DNA of 64,000 bases from the NCBI GenBank assembly GCA_016928075.1, contig JAFGLJ010000001.1:35146-99145 (forward strand), in the 5' to 3' direction. Shown here in pieces: positions 10,035-20,687 of this stretch (its first letter is position 1; each line of letters starts with the position of its first letter). Source of the stretch: Bacteroidales bacterium (lineage in GTDB: Bacteria; Bacteroidota; Bacteroidia; Bacteroidales; VadinHA17). Position numbers and translations under genes: made by a program. The notes under the pieces were generated by a model. That model was not told the origin of the DNA and searched no databases. It worked only from the letters and a program-made list of their open reading frames with translations.

Positions 10035-12455
10035 ATGTTCAAAAAACTGATAATCCTTATTACGCTGGCTTGTCTTATTCAGGCCTGTTCTGAAAAAGGC
10101 AATATCGTTGAGATAAATACCCTGGATGAAATAAGTCTTTCGGATGTGAATATCTCGGACGATTTCTGGAATCCCCGCATAGAAAATAACCATAAGGTAT
10201 CATTCCCATATATGCTTGACAGGTACGAGGAAAACGGGGGCAGGCCAAATCCCAAACTGCTGGAGGCAGGAGCATATATTCTGCATAAAAATCCTGACCC
10301 CGAATTGCAAAGAAGGCTTGATGCCAGCTTTGAGAAACTGATTGATTATTATATGCCTGGCGGGCAGGTCAGGGAATGGCAACGCATGCTTAATGGTGAT
10401 CTGTACGGAGCAGGCCATTTTATTGAGGCTTCAATTGCATATTACAATGCAACGGGAAGCGAGAAAGTTTTAAATGCTGCCAGACAGGTTGCAGATGATA
10501 TTCATGCTAATTTTGGTCAAAACAAAAGGCAGGAAATTTCGCAGCATGAAGAAGTAAAAATTGCTCTGCTAAGACTGTACGAGCTAACAGGAGAGGGAAA
10601 ATACATGGACATCGCCAGGTTCTTTCTTGATGAAAGGGGACATTCCCATAATGGCCGTGAGCTATATGGCAAATATGCCCAGGACCATAAGCCGGTGATT
10701 GACCAGGATGAGGCTGTGGGTCATGCTGTAAGAGCTACATACCTGTATACGCCTCTTGCACACCTTGCTACATTAACGGGTGATGCTGAGTATATTAATG
10801 CTGCCGACAGGATCTGGGAAGATGCGGTTCATAAAAAGACCTACCTTGTAGGGCACGTCGGAACTTACCGTGACCATGAATCTTTCTGGGAAGCATATGA
10901 ATTACCCAACCTTAATTGCTGGAATGAGACATGCGCGGCCATAGGGAATGTCTTCTGGAACTACCGTATGTTTGAACTGCACCGTGATGCCATGTATATT
11001 GATATGATGGAGAAGATCCTGTATAATGCTGTGCTTTCAGGAGTATCACTTGACGGGCAGGAGTATTTTTACCAGAATCCTCTCAAAACTTTGGGAGGCT
11101 TAGAACGTCATCCGTGGTATGGTCCAAACTGTTGTCCCCCTAATGTAGCCAGATTAATAGCTTCCCTGGGTAAATATATTTATGCCAGAAGCAATAATGA
11201 TTTTTACGTTAACCTGTTCATAGGAAGCGAAGTTAATGTAGATATCAATGAACAGCAGATTCATATAAGCCAGGAAACAGGATACCCATGGGAGGGAATG
11301 GTCAAACTTACAATCAATCCTAAGGAAGAGGCTGGATTTACTCTGCGCATACGTATACCGGGATGGACTGATAAGCCAATTCCGGGTGATCTTTATTCTT
11401 ATACTGAGGTTGCAGACATCCCTGTAGATATTAAACTAAACGGTGAACAAATCAAGTATACACAGGAAAAAGGGTTTGCAGTGATTGAAAGAAAATGGCA
11501 AAAGGGTGATGTTATTGAATTAGAGATAGATATGCCTGTGCAAAAAGTAATTTCAAATGATTTGGTTGCTGATAATGCCGGGATGACAGCCCTTCAGCGT
11601 GGTCCTGTGGTATACTGTGCGGAGGGTGTGGATAATAACAATAATATCTTAAATCTCTGGATTTCTGATGATGCAGAGTTCACTGCATTATTTGATGATG
11701 ACCTGCTGGGTGGAGTCACAACTGTTACCGGCAATGTAAAAGTGCTTACCCGCGGAGAGGATAAAGTAAGTATTGAAGAAAACGAACATAAGCTTACAGC
11801 AATCCCATACTATGCATGGGCAAACAGGGAGCCTTCTGCAATGAGTGTGTGGCTGGCATCTGATAAATCCAGGGTTATTCTTCCCCCTGTTCCTTCAATA
11901 GCTTCAATGTCGGGTGCAAGTTCGTCATGCGGACAAGCAACTATTGAAGATAATTACCCTGGGGGAAATGTACCCACAATTGCACAACGCTTTTATCCAA
12001 GCTCACAGGCAGGAGATATTGGTTTTAAAGCTCTCTATGACCAGGTGGAACCGGTGAATTCATTTGATGGATCATCAACATATTTGAGGCTGCGTCCACA
12101 GAACGGAGATAATGCCTGGGTGCAATATGATTTCGATAAAGAATATGAAATATCCGAGGTTAGTGTCTACTGGAAGGACGATAAACAATATTGCAGGCTG
12201 CCCCGCTCATGGAATCTTGAATACAAAGCAGGCGACATATGGATGCCTGTAAAGAATATTACAGAATATACTATGGAAAAAGACCGGTTCAATAGAGTTA
12301 CGTTTGAACCGGTGAGGGCCAGCGCATTAAGAATGAATATCAAACTTAATGGCCTGGAATTTAAAAAAGGTGAACTGGGTCCACCCGATGGCAACTATAT
12401 GCCAGAGGATGTCATATGGTATGAATGTGGCATTATCGAATGGATAGTGAAATAG
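10035..12455 (+). CDS. Glycoside hydrolase family 127 (beta-L-arabinofuranosidase-like, DUF1680) with C-terminal discoidin/F5-8-type-C-like domain
   Basis: Lipoprotein-like signal (LITLACLIQAC). GH127-type motifs are present (HEEVKIALLRLYELTGE.KY, CWNETCA, PNCCPPN). The C-terminal ~150 aa look like a jelly-roll carbohydrate-binding domain. Confidence 0.85.
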   Translation: MFKKLIILITLACLIQACSEKGNIVEINTLDEISLSDVNISDDFWNPRIENNHKVSFPYMLDRYEENGGRPNPKLLEAGAYILHKNPDPELQRRLDASFEKLIDYYMPGGQVREWQRMLNGDLYGAGHFIEASIAYYNATGSEKVLNAARQVADDIHANFGQNKRQEISQHEEVKIALLRLYELTGEGKYMDIARFFLDERGHSHNGRELYGKYAQDHKPVIDQDEAVGHAVRATYLYTPLAHLATLTGDAEYINAADRIWEDAVHKKTYLVGHVGTYRDHESFWEAYELPNLNCWNETCAAIGNVFWNYRMFELHRDAMYIDMMEKILYNAVLSGVSLDGQEYFYQNPLKTLGGLERHPWYGPNCCPPNVARLIASLGKYIYARSNNDFYVNLFIGSEVNVDINEQQIHISQETGYPWEGMVKLTINPKEEAGFTLRIRIPGWTDKPIPGDLYSYTEVADIPVDIKLNGEQIKYTQEKGFAVIERKWQKGDVIELEIDMPVQKVISNDLVADNAGMTALQRGPVVYCAEGVDNNNNILNLWISDDAEFTALFDDDLLGGVTTVTGNVKVLTRGEDKVSIEENEHKLTAIPYYAWANREPSAMSVWLASDKSRVILPPVPSIASMSGASSSCGQATIEDNYPGGNVPTIAQRFYPSSQAGDIGFKALYDQVEPVNSFDGSSTYLRLRPQNGDNAWVQYDFDKEYEISEVSVYWKDDKQYCRLPRSWNLEYKAGDIWMPVKNITEYTMEKDRFNRVTFEPVRASALRMNIKLNGLEFKKGELGPPDGNYMPEDVIWYECGIIEWIVK

Positions 12456-12518
12456 AGGGGCCAGGCCTTGTCCGTCGTAGTACCGGGATACCGGTACGAA
12501 GACGGGCCTGCCGCCTCT
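12454..12518. repeat. REP family 1 copy (65-bp imperfect palindrome; likely terminator hairpin)
   Basis: The 47-bp core caggccttgtccgtcgtagtaccgggataccggtacgaagacgggcc is identical in all three copies (12454, 14607, 36070). The outer arms AGAGG.G../..C.CCTCT pair. Its leading TAG is the GH127 stop codon. Confidence 0.9.
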
Positions 12519-12593
12519 ACTTTATCAACCTTAATTTTACTATCTTGCTGAATAATATCAGGATTATTAAATAACCTTATAAAACCTCAAACT

Positions 12594-14594
12594 ATGAAGA
12601 AGACAGCATGCTTATTCCTGGGTATTTTTGCCTTATCACTGGCCTTTGCTTTTTCTCAGGATGAAATAAAAACACTGGAAATAGAGGATTATTTCGATAT
12701 TGAATCAGTTTCCTCGCCCGAGATCTCACCCGATGGCAGCCAGATAGTGTATGGCCGCCGATGGATTAATAAATATGAAGACCGGTCACAGACCGATCTG
12801 TGGATAATGGATGCAGACGGTAAGAACAACAGGTACTTTATGGAAGGAAGTAATCCCGTGTGGTCACCTGATGGTAAAAAGATTGCATTCACCAGGAGCG
12901 GAGAACCACGGGGAACACAGATATTCGTTAAGATTATGGATATTGAAGGACCTGCAACCCAGGTAACACGCCTTGATAACAGTCCTTCCTCCATTCAATG
13001 GTCTCCGGATGGTCAATACATATCATTTACTATGCTTGTTCCGGACAAAGATAGCTGGCCAATAAAGATGCCTCAAAAACCGGAAGGAGCTAATTGGACA
13101 GACCCTCCTAAAATAATTGATGACCTGGTTTACAGGAGAGACCGCACGGGTTTTATAGAAGAAGGATGTACGCATATATTTATCGTACCTGCTGAAGGAG
13201 GCACTGCCCGGCAGGTAACTCATGGCGACTGGAATCAAGGGGGTAGCTACTCGTGGACTCGCGATGGAAAAGAAATCCTTTTCTCCAGCCTTCGTGTTGA
13301 GGATGCGGAATACCAGTACCGTGAATCTGAAATATATGCTGTGCATATAAATACAGGTGAGATACGGCAGTTAACCAGCAGGAAAGGGCCTGATAGTAAT
13401 CCGGTTGTATCACCCGATAATAAACTTGTGGCTTATACCGGTTATGACTGGACTGATGATACCTATATTAATTCAAAATTTTATGTGATGAACCTGGGCG
13501 GAAGTGGTTCAGTGATGATATCAGGTGATTTTGACCGCAGTGCAAGCATTGTAAAATGGGCAGAGGATAATTCAGGTATTTACATAAATGTCAGGGAAGA
13601 AGGAACCGGCAACATGTACTTCATACCATTAAGGGGAAAGATACAAAAAGTGACTGACGGCAATCACATCCTTTCCGTTTCATCAATAAGCAAAAACGGC
13701 ATTGCCCTGGCAACAGTTTCCGATCCGTACCTGCCGGGTGATATTTATTCATTCAATATTACTGATCCCGAAATGCGGAGGCTTACGCATGTAAATGATG
13801 ATGTCCTTTCAGATGTTACGCTGGGTAAAATAGAAGAAATATGGTATAAATCAGCTGATGATGTGGATATACAGGGCTGGATTATCAAACCGCCGGATTT
13901 TGATTCCGGCAAAAAGTATCCTCTTATACTTACAATACATGGCGGGCCACATGCCATGTATGGTGTGGGCTTTAACTTCACATGGCAGATACATGCTGCA
14001 AAAGGGTATGTTGTTCTATACACTAATCCCAGGGGAAGTTCAGGATATGGCAGTGAATTCGGAAATATGATTAAAAACGATTATCCGAACAAGGACTATG
14101 ATGACCTTATGGCAGGGGTTGATGAAGTAATTAACAGGGGATACATTGATGAAGATAATCTGTTTGTTTACGGAGGTAGCGGCGGCGGTGTCCTTACAGC
14201 ATGGATTGTGGGTCATACCGGCAGGTTTGCAGCTGCATCGGTCAACTACCCTGTGATCGACTGGCTGTCGTTTGTGGGCACCACCGATGGCGTGTCATGG
14301 TACAGGAATTTCGAGAAATTCCCATGGGAGGATCCCGCTGAGCACCTCAGACGCTCACCCCTGATGTACGTTGGAAATGTGACAACCCCGACAATGTTGA
14401 TGACCGGCGTAAAGGATCTAAGGACACCCATCTCGCAGACAGAGGAATTCTACCAGGCATTGAAGATCCGGAAAGTGTCAACCGCAATGCTCAGGTTCAA
14501 TGATGAATTCCATGGTACATCATCCAATCCATCTAACTATCTAAGAACAGTATTATACCTGCATCACTGGTTCGAGAAATATTCAAATAAATAG
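12594..14594 (+). CDS. S9 family serine peptidase (acylaminoacyl-peptidase/prolyl oligopeptidase type) with N-terminal TolB-like beta-propeller
   Basis: Signal peptide. WD40-like repeats (SPDGS.I, SPDGK.IAF, SPDN) are followed by an alpha/beta-hydrolase part with the nucleophile elbow YGGSGGG. Confidence 0.85.
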   Translation: MKKTACLFLGIFALSLAFAFSQDEIKTLEIEDYFDIESVSSPEISPDGSQIVYGRRWINKYEDRSQTDLWIMDADGKNNRYFMEGSNPVWSPDGKKIAFTRSGEPRGTQIFVKIMDIEGPATQVTRLDNSPSSIQWSPDGQYISFTMLVPDKDSWPIKMPQKPEGANWTDPPKIIDDLVYRRDRTGFIEEGCTHIFIVPAEGGTARQVTHGDWNQGGSYSWTRDGKEILFSSLRVEDAEYQYRESEIYAVHINTGEIRQLTSRKGPDSNPVVSPDNKLVAYTGYDWTDDTYINSKFYVMNLGGSGSVMISGDFDRSASIVKWAEDNSGIYINVREEGTGNMYFIPLRGKIQKVTDGNHILSVSSISKNGIALATVSDPYLPGDIYSFNITDPEMRRLTHVNDDVLSDVTLGKIEEIWYKSADDVDIQGWIIKPPDFDSGKKYPLILTIHGGPHAMYGVGFNFTWQIHAAKGYVVLYTNPRGSSGYGSEFGNMIKNDYPNKDYDDLMAGVDEVINRGYIDEDNLFVYGGSGGGVLTAWIVGHTGRFAAASVNYPVIDWLSFVGTTDGVSWYRNFEKFPWEDPAEHLRRSPLMYVGNVTTPTMLMTGVKDLRTPISQTEEFYQALKIRKVSTAMLRFNDEFHGTSSNPSNYLRTVLYLHHWFEKYSNK

Positions 14595-14606
14595 ATAAAT
14601 ATCCAT

Positions 14607-14671
14607 AGAGGCGGCAGGCCTTGTCCGTCGTAGTACCGGGATACCGGTACGAAGACGGGCCCGCCGCCTCT
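14607..14671. repeat. REP family 1 copy
   Basis: Same core as at 12454 and 36070. It lies 12 nt after the S9 peptidase stop codon. Confidence 0.9.
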
Positions 14672-14826
14672 ATTTGCTATTAACCATCTCATAACCGGGT
14701 GAAGTAGCTAATTGTCAAAAGGTTTTGGGAAATTGTTAATAAGTGGGCAGATCGCGTTTGCACGTAGTTATTCTAATAATTATTTTTGGAATGCTATTTA
14801 CTAAGAATAACATTAATAAATTATTG

Positions 14827-14834
14827 TATTTTTG
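14827..14834 (+). promoter_or_regulatory. Candidate Bacteroidota -7 promoter element (TAnnTTTG-like: TATTTTTG)
   Basis: The motif sits 29 nt upstream of ATG 14863 in a 190-bp AT-rich spacer. This is a motif match only. Confidence 0.3.
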
Positions 14835-14862
14835 AAACCTAACTAACAAATTTATTCGAACC

Positions 14863-15372
14863 ATGAAAATTTTAGTGAGATCACTCTTAGCGGCAATCAT
14901 CTTAATTGCCTTTTCATTAAATGCTCATGCTCAGGCAAGTGAGACTGCCACAGCAACAGCTACTATTGTTGAACCCATAACATTAACAAATGTTACTGAT
15001 ATGAATTTTGGTAATATAGCGGTATCAGCTGCTGGAGATGTTATTCTCTCCCCTGCTGGAGTCCGTACTCCTTCAGGCGGTATAACTTTACCTTCCGTAA
15101 CTGGAACAGTATCAGCAGCAACTTTTGATGTTGATGGTGAGGCAAATTTTACCTATTCAATAACATTGCCAGCTGCAGCTATTACGATTACGAACGGAAC
15201 AGATAACTTGACAGTGGATACGTGGACAAGCAATCCCACTCCAACGGGCACACTGGATGGAACAGGTTATCAGTTGCTTCAGGTTGGAGCTACTCTGGAT
15301 ATACCACTCGGTACAGAAAGCGCAGGGACATATACTGGCCCTTCCTTTACCGTAACAGTAAATTATAACTAG
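14863..15372 (+). CDS. DUF4402 domain protein (putative fibre/pilin subunit 1)
   Basis: 169 aa. Signal peptide ...SLNAHAQA is followed by the DUF4402-type start ATATATIVEPITLTNVTDMNFGNIAV, and the protein ends in a beta-strand (FTVTVNYN). Confidence 0.8.
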   Translation: MKILVRSLLAAIILIAFSLNAHAQASETATATATIVEPITLTNVTDMNFGNIAVSAAGDVILSPAGVRTPSGGITLPSVTGTVSAATFDVDGEANFTYSITLPAAAITITNGTDNLTVDTWTSNPTPTGTLDGTGYQLLQVGATLDIPLGTESAGTYTGPSFTVTVNYN

Positions 15373-15406
15373 CAGTAGCAAAACAGGAATAACTGATAAA
15401 GACATT

Positions 15407-15937
15407 ATGTCCAGGCTAACTATTTTTATATGCAGCCTTATAGTTCTATTTTTGGGACCGCTGAGCAATTTAAGTGGGCAGTTAGCCACTGCTTCAGCGA
15501 CCGGGGATATATTTGCTGAAGTTATTCCAGTTTTTTCTGCCAGGGAAACTGCCCAGATGAATTTCGGGAAGTTCTCCCCGGGGCCACAGGGGGGGGAGAT
15601 TATCCTGACACCCGAGAGCACTGTATTCACCCTTGGCAGCGTTTTCAAAGGCCCCGGAACACATAATGCAGCAAGCTTTTATGTTTCGGGCGATACTGAT
15701 GCTTCATATTCAATAAACCTGCCGGATGAACCCGTTGTCATTACCAATATCACCAGCGCGAAAACCATGGTGGTCGATGACTGGGTATCGATACCATCGC
15801 AGGGTGCCGGAACAGGATTGTTGCAGAACGGTTTCCAGGTGGTTTATGTGGGTGCCACATTAAAAGTAGGGACTCTTGAGGATAATCCTGTTGGTATATA
15901 TAAAGGCTCATATAACGTTACTTTTGATTTTAACTGA
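15407..15937 (+). CDS. DUF4402 domain protein (putative fibre/pilin subunit 2)
   Basis: 176 aa. A signal peptide is followed by ASATGDIFAEVIPVFSARETAQMNFGKF, and the C-terminal strand is YNVTFDFN. It is a paralog of the upstream gene. Confidence 0.8.
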   Translation: MSRLTIFICSLIVLFLGPLSNLSGQLATASATGDIFAEVIPVFSARETAQMNFGKFSPGPQGGEIILTPESTVFTLGSVFKGPGTHNAASFYVSGDTDASYSINLPDEPVVITNITSAKTMVVDDWVSIPSQGAGTGLLQNGFQVVYVGATLKVGTLEDNPVGIYKGSYNVTFDFN

Positions 15938-15949
15938 TAGGGCACATAA

Positions 15950-16837
15950 ATGTATAAAACAATGTTTAAGATAAAATTAAGAGTTAAGCAGATTGCCCGG
16001 ATCAGGTCAAATATTATTCCTGTTGTCCTGGTATTCATTTTATTACTTTGTCTCTCAGCAGGTATTTTTGCCCAGGGGAACCTTCTTTTAACACCCAGGA
16101 GGGTGGTCTTTGATGGCTCAACACGGTCAATCGACCTTAACCTGGCAAATACCGGGCAGGACAGTGCAACATATGCAATTTCCATTGTGCAGATAAGGAT
16201 GACCGAAGAAGGGCAGTTTGAAACTATAACTGAACCTGATCCCGGACAGAGATTCGCCGACAGGTTCATCCGTTATTTCCCGAGATCGGTTACCCTTGCC
16301 CCCGGTGAAGCCCAGGTGATAAAAGTACAGGTCACCAGGCGAAGCCAGCTCGAGGAAGGTGAGTACCGTTCACACTTTTATTTCAGGGCTGTTCCTGATA
16401 CAAGGCCCCTGGGCGAAGAGGAACCTGCTCAGGTCACAGACGCTATATCCGTACAGCTGACACCTATTTTTGGTATAACCATACCGGTAATAATACGTGT
16501 AGGGGAATCAAATACAACCGTTAGCCTGTCAGATCTTGAATTAAGGATGGTAAACGATAGTGAGCCTCAGCTGGAATTGATATTTAACCGCTCCGGAAAT
16601 ATGTCGGCTTACGGGAATCTCGCGGTGGACCATGTTTCACCATCCGGAACCGTTACCCGTGTTGGCATAGCAAACGGGATAGCAGTATATACTCCTAACA
16701 CCAAAAGGAAGTTTATCCTTAACCTGGTAAAATCCGAGGATATTGATTATACAAAAGGCAGACTTAGAATTATTTATTCAGCACCTTCGGATGTGAGACC
16801 TGAAACGTACGCTGAATCGGAATTGATGCTGAATTAG
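15950..16837 (+). CDS. PapD-like periplasmic pilus chaperone-like protein
   Basis: 295 aa. A signal peptide is followed by LLLTPRRVVFDGSTRSIDLNLANTGQDSATYAISIV and ...PRSVTLAPGEAQVIKVQV, matching the N-terminal Ig-like domain pattern of pilus chaperones. The start may be an internal Met. Confidence 0.65.
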   Translation: MYKTMFKIKLRVKQIARIRSNIIPVVLVFILLLCLSAGIFAQGNLLLTPRRVVFDGSTRSIDLNLANTGQDSATYAISIVQIRMTEEGQFETITEPDPGQRFADRFIRYFPRSVTLAPGEAQVIKVQVTRRSQLEEGEYRSHFYFRAVPDTRPLGEEEPAQVTDAISVQLTPIFGITIPVIIRVGESNTTVSLSDLELRMVNDSEPQLELIFNRSGNMSAYGNLAVDHVSPSGTVTRVGIANGIAVYTPNTKRKFILNLVKSEDIDYTKGRLRIIYSAPSDVRPETYAESELMLN

Positions 16838-16880
16838 TATTCATTGAAATATTATTTCAGCTGCTTTAAACCGTATAAGT

Positions 16881-19800
16881 ATGATTAACCTGAAGCAGAC
16901 CTGCAAGATCGCCCTTCTCGCAGTTTTTTTTATGCATACAGCTTACTCGCTCTATGCTGCCGACCGCTATTCGGTTGCTTCAGGTAACTGGAATTCCACT
17001 TCAACATGGTCGGCTACATCGGGTGGGGCGCCGGGCGCGAGCGTTCCGGTCGCGGGTGACAATGTATATATCGAAAGCAACCATACAATAACGGTCACGG
17101 CAAATGCAGCATGTGCAAATATCACTTTTACAGCTGACGGCTCAACTCTGACGGTTAATTCATCAATAACACTTACTGTTTCAGGTACGATAACAAAAAA
17201 TAAACTGAACAGTAATTCATCATCAACTATCTCAGGCCAGGGAAAAATAGACTGTGCCAATATAGCTGTTGGATCTACTGCTAATCCAGTAAGTGGTTTT
17301 CTGACATTCTATAACCATACTCTTAGCTCAACAGTATCTATATTAAATGTTTCCGGCAATCTCACAATTAATAGTTATAGCGGCGGATTCTTCAGTTTCA
17401 GAAATGGCGTGTTCAATCTTGGAGAAGGTACTTTAAGTGTCTCCGGTTCAATAACTACACAAAATAGCTCTGGTTTAAATGTTTCAACCTTCTCCATGGA
17501 AACCGGCAATCAAACAGGAATTCTTAACCTGAGTAGTGCCACTCCCTTCAGTCAATCAGGTACGGGGTTTAGTACCATAAACCTGAATGGAACTTCCACA
17601 CTGGTGAATTATAACAGGTCAGGAGCACAGACTGTCCATGCCACTGATTATAATAACCTGACACTTTCTGGTAGTGGGGCCAAAGATGTGACAGGATCAA
17701 TTATTGACGGTATCCTTTCAATGGAAGGCACTGCAACAGCGACAGGGACTACCCCCTCTTTCGGTGCATCTGCCACCCTCCAGTACAAAGGATCGGCTGC
17801 CCAGACAACAGGTATTGAGTTCCCGTCCACCTTTTCAGGCAGCGGTGGTGTAATAATTGACAACAGTAATGGAGTAAGCCTTAACTCGGGAAGGACAATC
17901 GATGACGCCCTTAATTTCGTCAATGGTATTCTGTCAACCGGATCCAATAACCTTACCCTTACAGCGGGAGGCACGGTAACAGGAGCCGGAACAGGTAATT
18001 ATGTGAACGGGAATTTTGAGAAGGGCATTGCCGTAGGGACTACCACAATGACTTTTGAAATAGGAGATGCATCAGTCTATGCCCCCGTATTAATCGATTT
18101 CACAAATGCAACAACGGGGGCCGGGACCATAACATGCAGCACAACCTCGGGAGATCATCCCCAGGTAGCGAGTTCCAGGTTCAACCCTGCATATACTGTG
18201 AACCGCTTCTGGACATTGACAAATAATGGGGTCAGCGGGTACACCACATTCGATGCCACATTCAATTTCGTTGCAGGGGATATTGATGCGGGAGTAGATT
18301 ATAACTTCCTCCTTGTCGGTAACTATACCGCTTCCTCCTGGAATTATCCGAGTACGGGCACAAGAACAGCTACAAGTACCCAGGCAACGGGGTTGACAAC
18401 CTTCGATGATTTCCAGCTGGGTCTTTTAATGTCATCTTACAGAAGTGCCGCAACGGGAAACTGGGAGCAGTCAACATCATGGGAAGTGTTCATTGGCAGT
18501 TCCTGGGTTCCAGCCCCTGCCCCACCTTCAGCAGCAGGGAATGATGTTACAATTCTTTCCACCCACGTAATAACAAATACTACATTTCTCACAATAGATG
18601 AACTGACAGTAAATTCAGGAGCAAGCCTGGTAATGTCGGCAAATATATCAGTGCCCGATGGCACAGGCACTGACATGACAATAAACGGGACGCTTGACTG
18701 CGGGGGATCAAATATCGTCTCAGGCGCCGGTTCATTTTCTCTGGCGAGTGGTGCCGGGATCTTTATAGGTTCCCCCGAAGGTATAACTTCGTCAGGTGCA
18801 ACAGGCAATATACAGACCACAACACGCACCTTTGATACCGGGGCAAACTATACATATAACGGCACTGCTGCTCAGGTAACGGGCAATGGTTTACCATCCA
18901 CAGTTAATAATCTTACAATTGATAATTTATCCGGAGTTTCCCTGTCGGGATCAGTTACTGTTAACGGTACTCTTACCCTTACAGACGGTGCTCTTACTAC
19001 CGGGTCAACTACACTTACCTTTCAGAATTCTGACACACCTATTGCCAGGGGCTCAGGAACTATCACTACTGATGCAACAACCAATATATTCTTTGGTACA
19101 CCAGGCAATACTGGTGGTGCAGCATTTACCATCCCATCAGGTACTTTCACCTCGGCTCCGACAATCAATAACCTTACAATCAACAGGGACAACAACCTGA
19201 CACTTGGCAACCAGATGATATCTGTTTACGGTATCCTGTTATGTAACGGTCCCCTCATTACTGCCGGCAATCTCACCCTGCTGTCAGATGCTTCGGCCAC
19301 TGCCCTTATTGACGGTGCAGGCACAGGCCAGGTTTCAGGAAATGTCACCATGCAGCGCTACCTCCCAGTCGGATTCGGGTATAAATACTTCAGCTCCCCT
19401 TTCCAGTCAGCCACAGTCAGCGAATTTGGAGACGATATGGACCTCACGTTCTGGTTTCCCACTTTTTATAAATATGACGAAAGCAGGACCAGCTCAGGCT
19501 GGGTCGATTATACCACACCGGCAGGTGTGCTTGAACCCATGCACGGCTATGCAGTTAATTTCGGCAATGTATCTGCACCCAATACTGTGGATGTGTCAGG
19601 TGAGGTTAATAACGGAAATCTTTCATTAACTCTTTATAACAATAACAACACCTACACTCAGGGCCTCAACCTTGTCGGAAATCCCTATCCTTCGGCCATT
19701 GACTGGGATGCATCGACAGGATGGACCAAAACAAGCATCGACGACGCTGTTTACTTCTTCGAAGCAAGTACAACAGACGAATATGGTGGCACCTACAGCT

Positions 19801-20687
19801 CCTATGTGAACGGTATCCCCAGTGATCCAAGCGTTACAAGTATTATTCCTTCTATGCAGGCCTTCTTCGTACACGTCTCTGATGGTGCCTATCCTGTTAC
19901 CGGTACACTTGGAATGAACAATAATGTCAGGGTCAACGACAGGACCCAGGCATTTTATAAATCATCAACTATTGATTATGAAAGGAAATCAACACCACTT
20001 TTACGTCTGGCAGCAGAGTTTGAAGATGACAGTACAAGTATGGATCCCATGGTTATTTACCTGGAGGATATAGCTTCTGAGGAGTTCGACAGCGATCTTG
20101 ATGCACTCAAGTTGTTAAATACTGATTTCAAAGTCCCAAACCTTTATGCCACTGTGCCGGGAGGTAAAAAGCTATCTATAAGCGCAATACCCGGAGGATT
20201 CGAAATACCTTACAGTATACCACTTGGGCTCAAGACTAATCGCAATGGCACAGTTAATTTCTTCATCCTTAATGCTGATGATTATTTTTCCACAGTGAGA
20301 ATTTGTCTGTACGATAATTTATCTGGTGCGCGGCAGGGACTTGTTAACGATTCTATATATACCGTAACATTGGAATCAGGGGAGTATCATAACAGGTTCT
20401 TTCTTGAGATAACTAATGTTACCACAGGTATAGAAAAACCAGTTTATGACGATGCTCTCTTCAATATCTACTGCTCAAATAGACTACTTAAAACCAATAT
20501 ATATGAGGTATACGGAAAAGAAGGAATAATATCTGTAATCAACATCACCGGGCAACTTATTTACAGACAGATTATACGGCACCCCGGTTATTATGAATTC
20601 AGTGCTCCTGATTTAAATGGTATATATATTATTAATTATTCATCTGGAACCAGGACAGGCTCCAGGAAAATTTTTATTGGAAACTGA
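16881..20687 (+). CDS. Giant repeat surface protein (putative adhesin) with T9SS C-terminal sorting domain
   Basis: 1268 aa with a signal peptide. The module RYSVASGNWNSTSTWS.../YRSAATGNWEQSTSWE... is duplicated, and the body is Thr/Ser/Gly/Asn-rich and beta-helix-like. The last ~80 aa (GIISVINITGQLIY...GIYIINYSSGTRTGSRKIFI) fit the T9SS type-A CTD. Confidence 0.8.
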   Translation: MINLKQTCKIALLAVFFMHTAYSLYAADRYSVASGNWNSTSTWSATSGGAPGASVPVAGDNVYIESNHTITVTANAACANITFTADGSTLTVNSSITLTVSGTITKNKLNSNSSSTISGQGKIDCANIAVGSTANPVSGFLTFYNHTLSSTVSILNVSGNLTINSYSGGFFSFRNGVFNLGEGTLSVSGSITTQNSSGLNVSTFSMETGNQTGILNLSSATPFSQSGTGFSTINLNGTSTLVNYNRSGAQTVHATDYNNLTLSGSGAKDVTGSIIDGILSMEGTATATGTTPSFGASATLQYKGSAAQTTGIEFPSTFSGSGGVIIDNSNGVSLNSGRTIDDALNFVNGILSTGSNNLTLTAGGTVTGAGTGNYVNGNFEKGIAVGTTTMTFEIGDASVYAPVLIDFTNATTGAGTITCSTTSGDHPQVASSRFNPAYTVNRFWTLTNNGVSGYTTFDATFNFVAGDIDAGVDYNFLLVGNYTASSWNYPSTGTRTATSTQATGLTTFDDFQLGLLMSSYRSAATGNWEQSTSWEVFIGSSWVPAPAPPSAAGNDVTILSTHVITNTTFLTIDELTVNSGASLVMSANISVPDGTGTDMTINGTLDCGGSNIVSGAGSFSLASGAGIFIGSPEGITSSGATGNIQTTTRTFDTGANYTYNGTAAQVTGNGLPSTVNNLTIDNLSGVSLSGSVTVNGTLTLTDGALTTGSTTLTFQNSDTPIARGSGTITTDATTNIFFGTPGNTGGAAFTIPSGTFTSAPTINNLTINRDNNLTLGNQMISVYGILLCNGPLITAGNLTLLSDASATALIDGAGTGQVSGNVTMQRYLPVGFGYKYFSSPFQSATVSEFGDDMDLTFWFPTFYKYDESRTSSGWVDYTTPAGVLEPMHGYAVNFGNVSAPNTVDVSGEVNNGNLSLTLYNNNNTYTQGLNLVGNPYPSAIDWDASTGWTKTSIDDAVYFFEASTTDEYGGTYSSYVNGIPSDPSVTSIIPSMQAFFVHVSDGAYPVTGTLGMNNNVRVNDRTQAFYKSSTIDYERKSTPLLRLAAEFEDDSTSMDPMVIYLEDIASEEFDSDLDALKLLNTDFKVPNLYATVPGGKKLSISAIPGGFEIPYSIPLGLKTNRNGTVNFFILNADDYFSTVRICLYDNLSGARQGLVNDSIYTVTLESGEYHNRFFLEITNVTTGIEKPVYDDALFNIYCSNRLLKTNIYEVYGKEGIISVINITGQLIYRQIIRHPGYYEFSAPDLNGIYIINYSSGTRTGSRKIFIGN

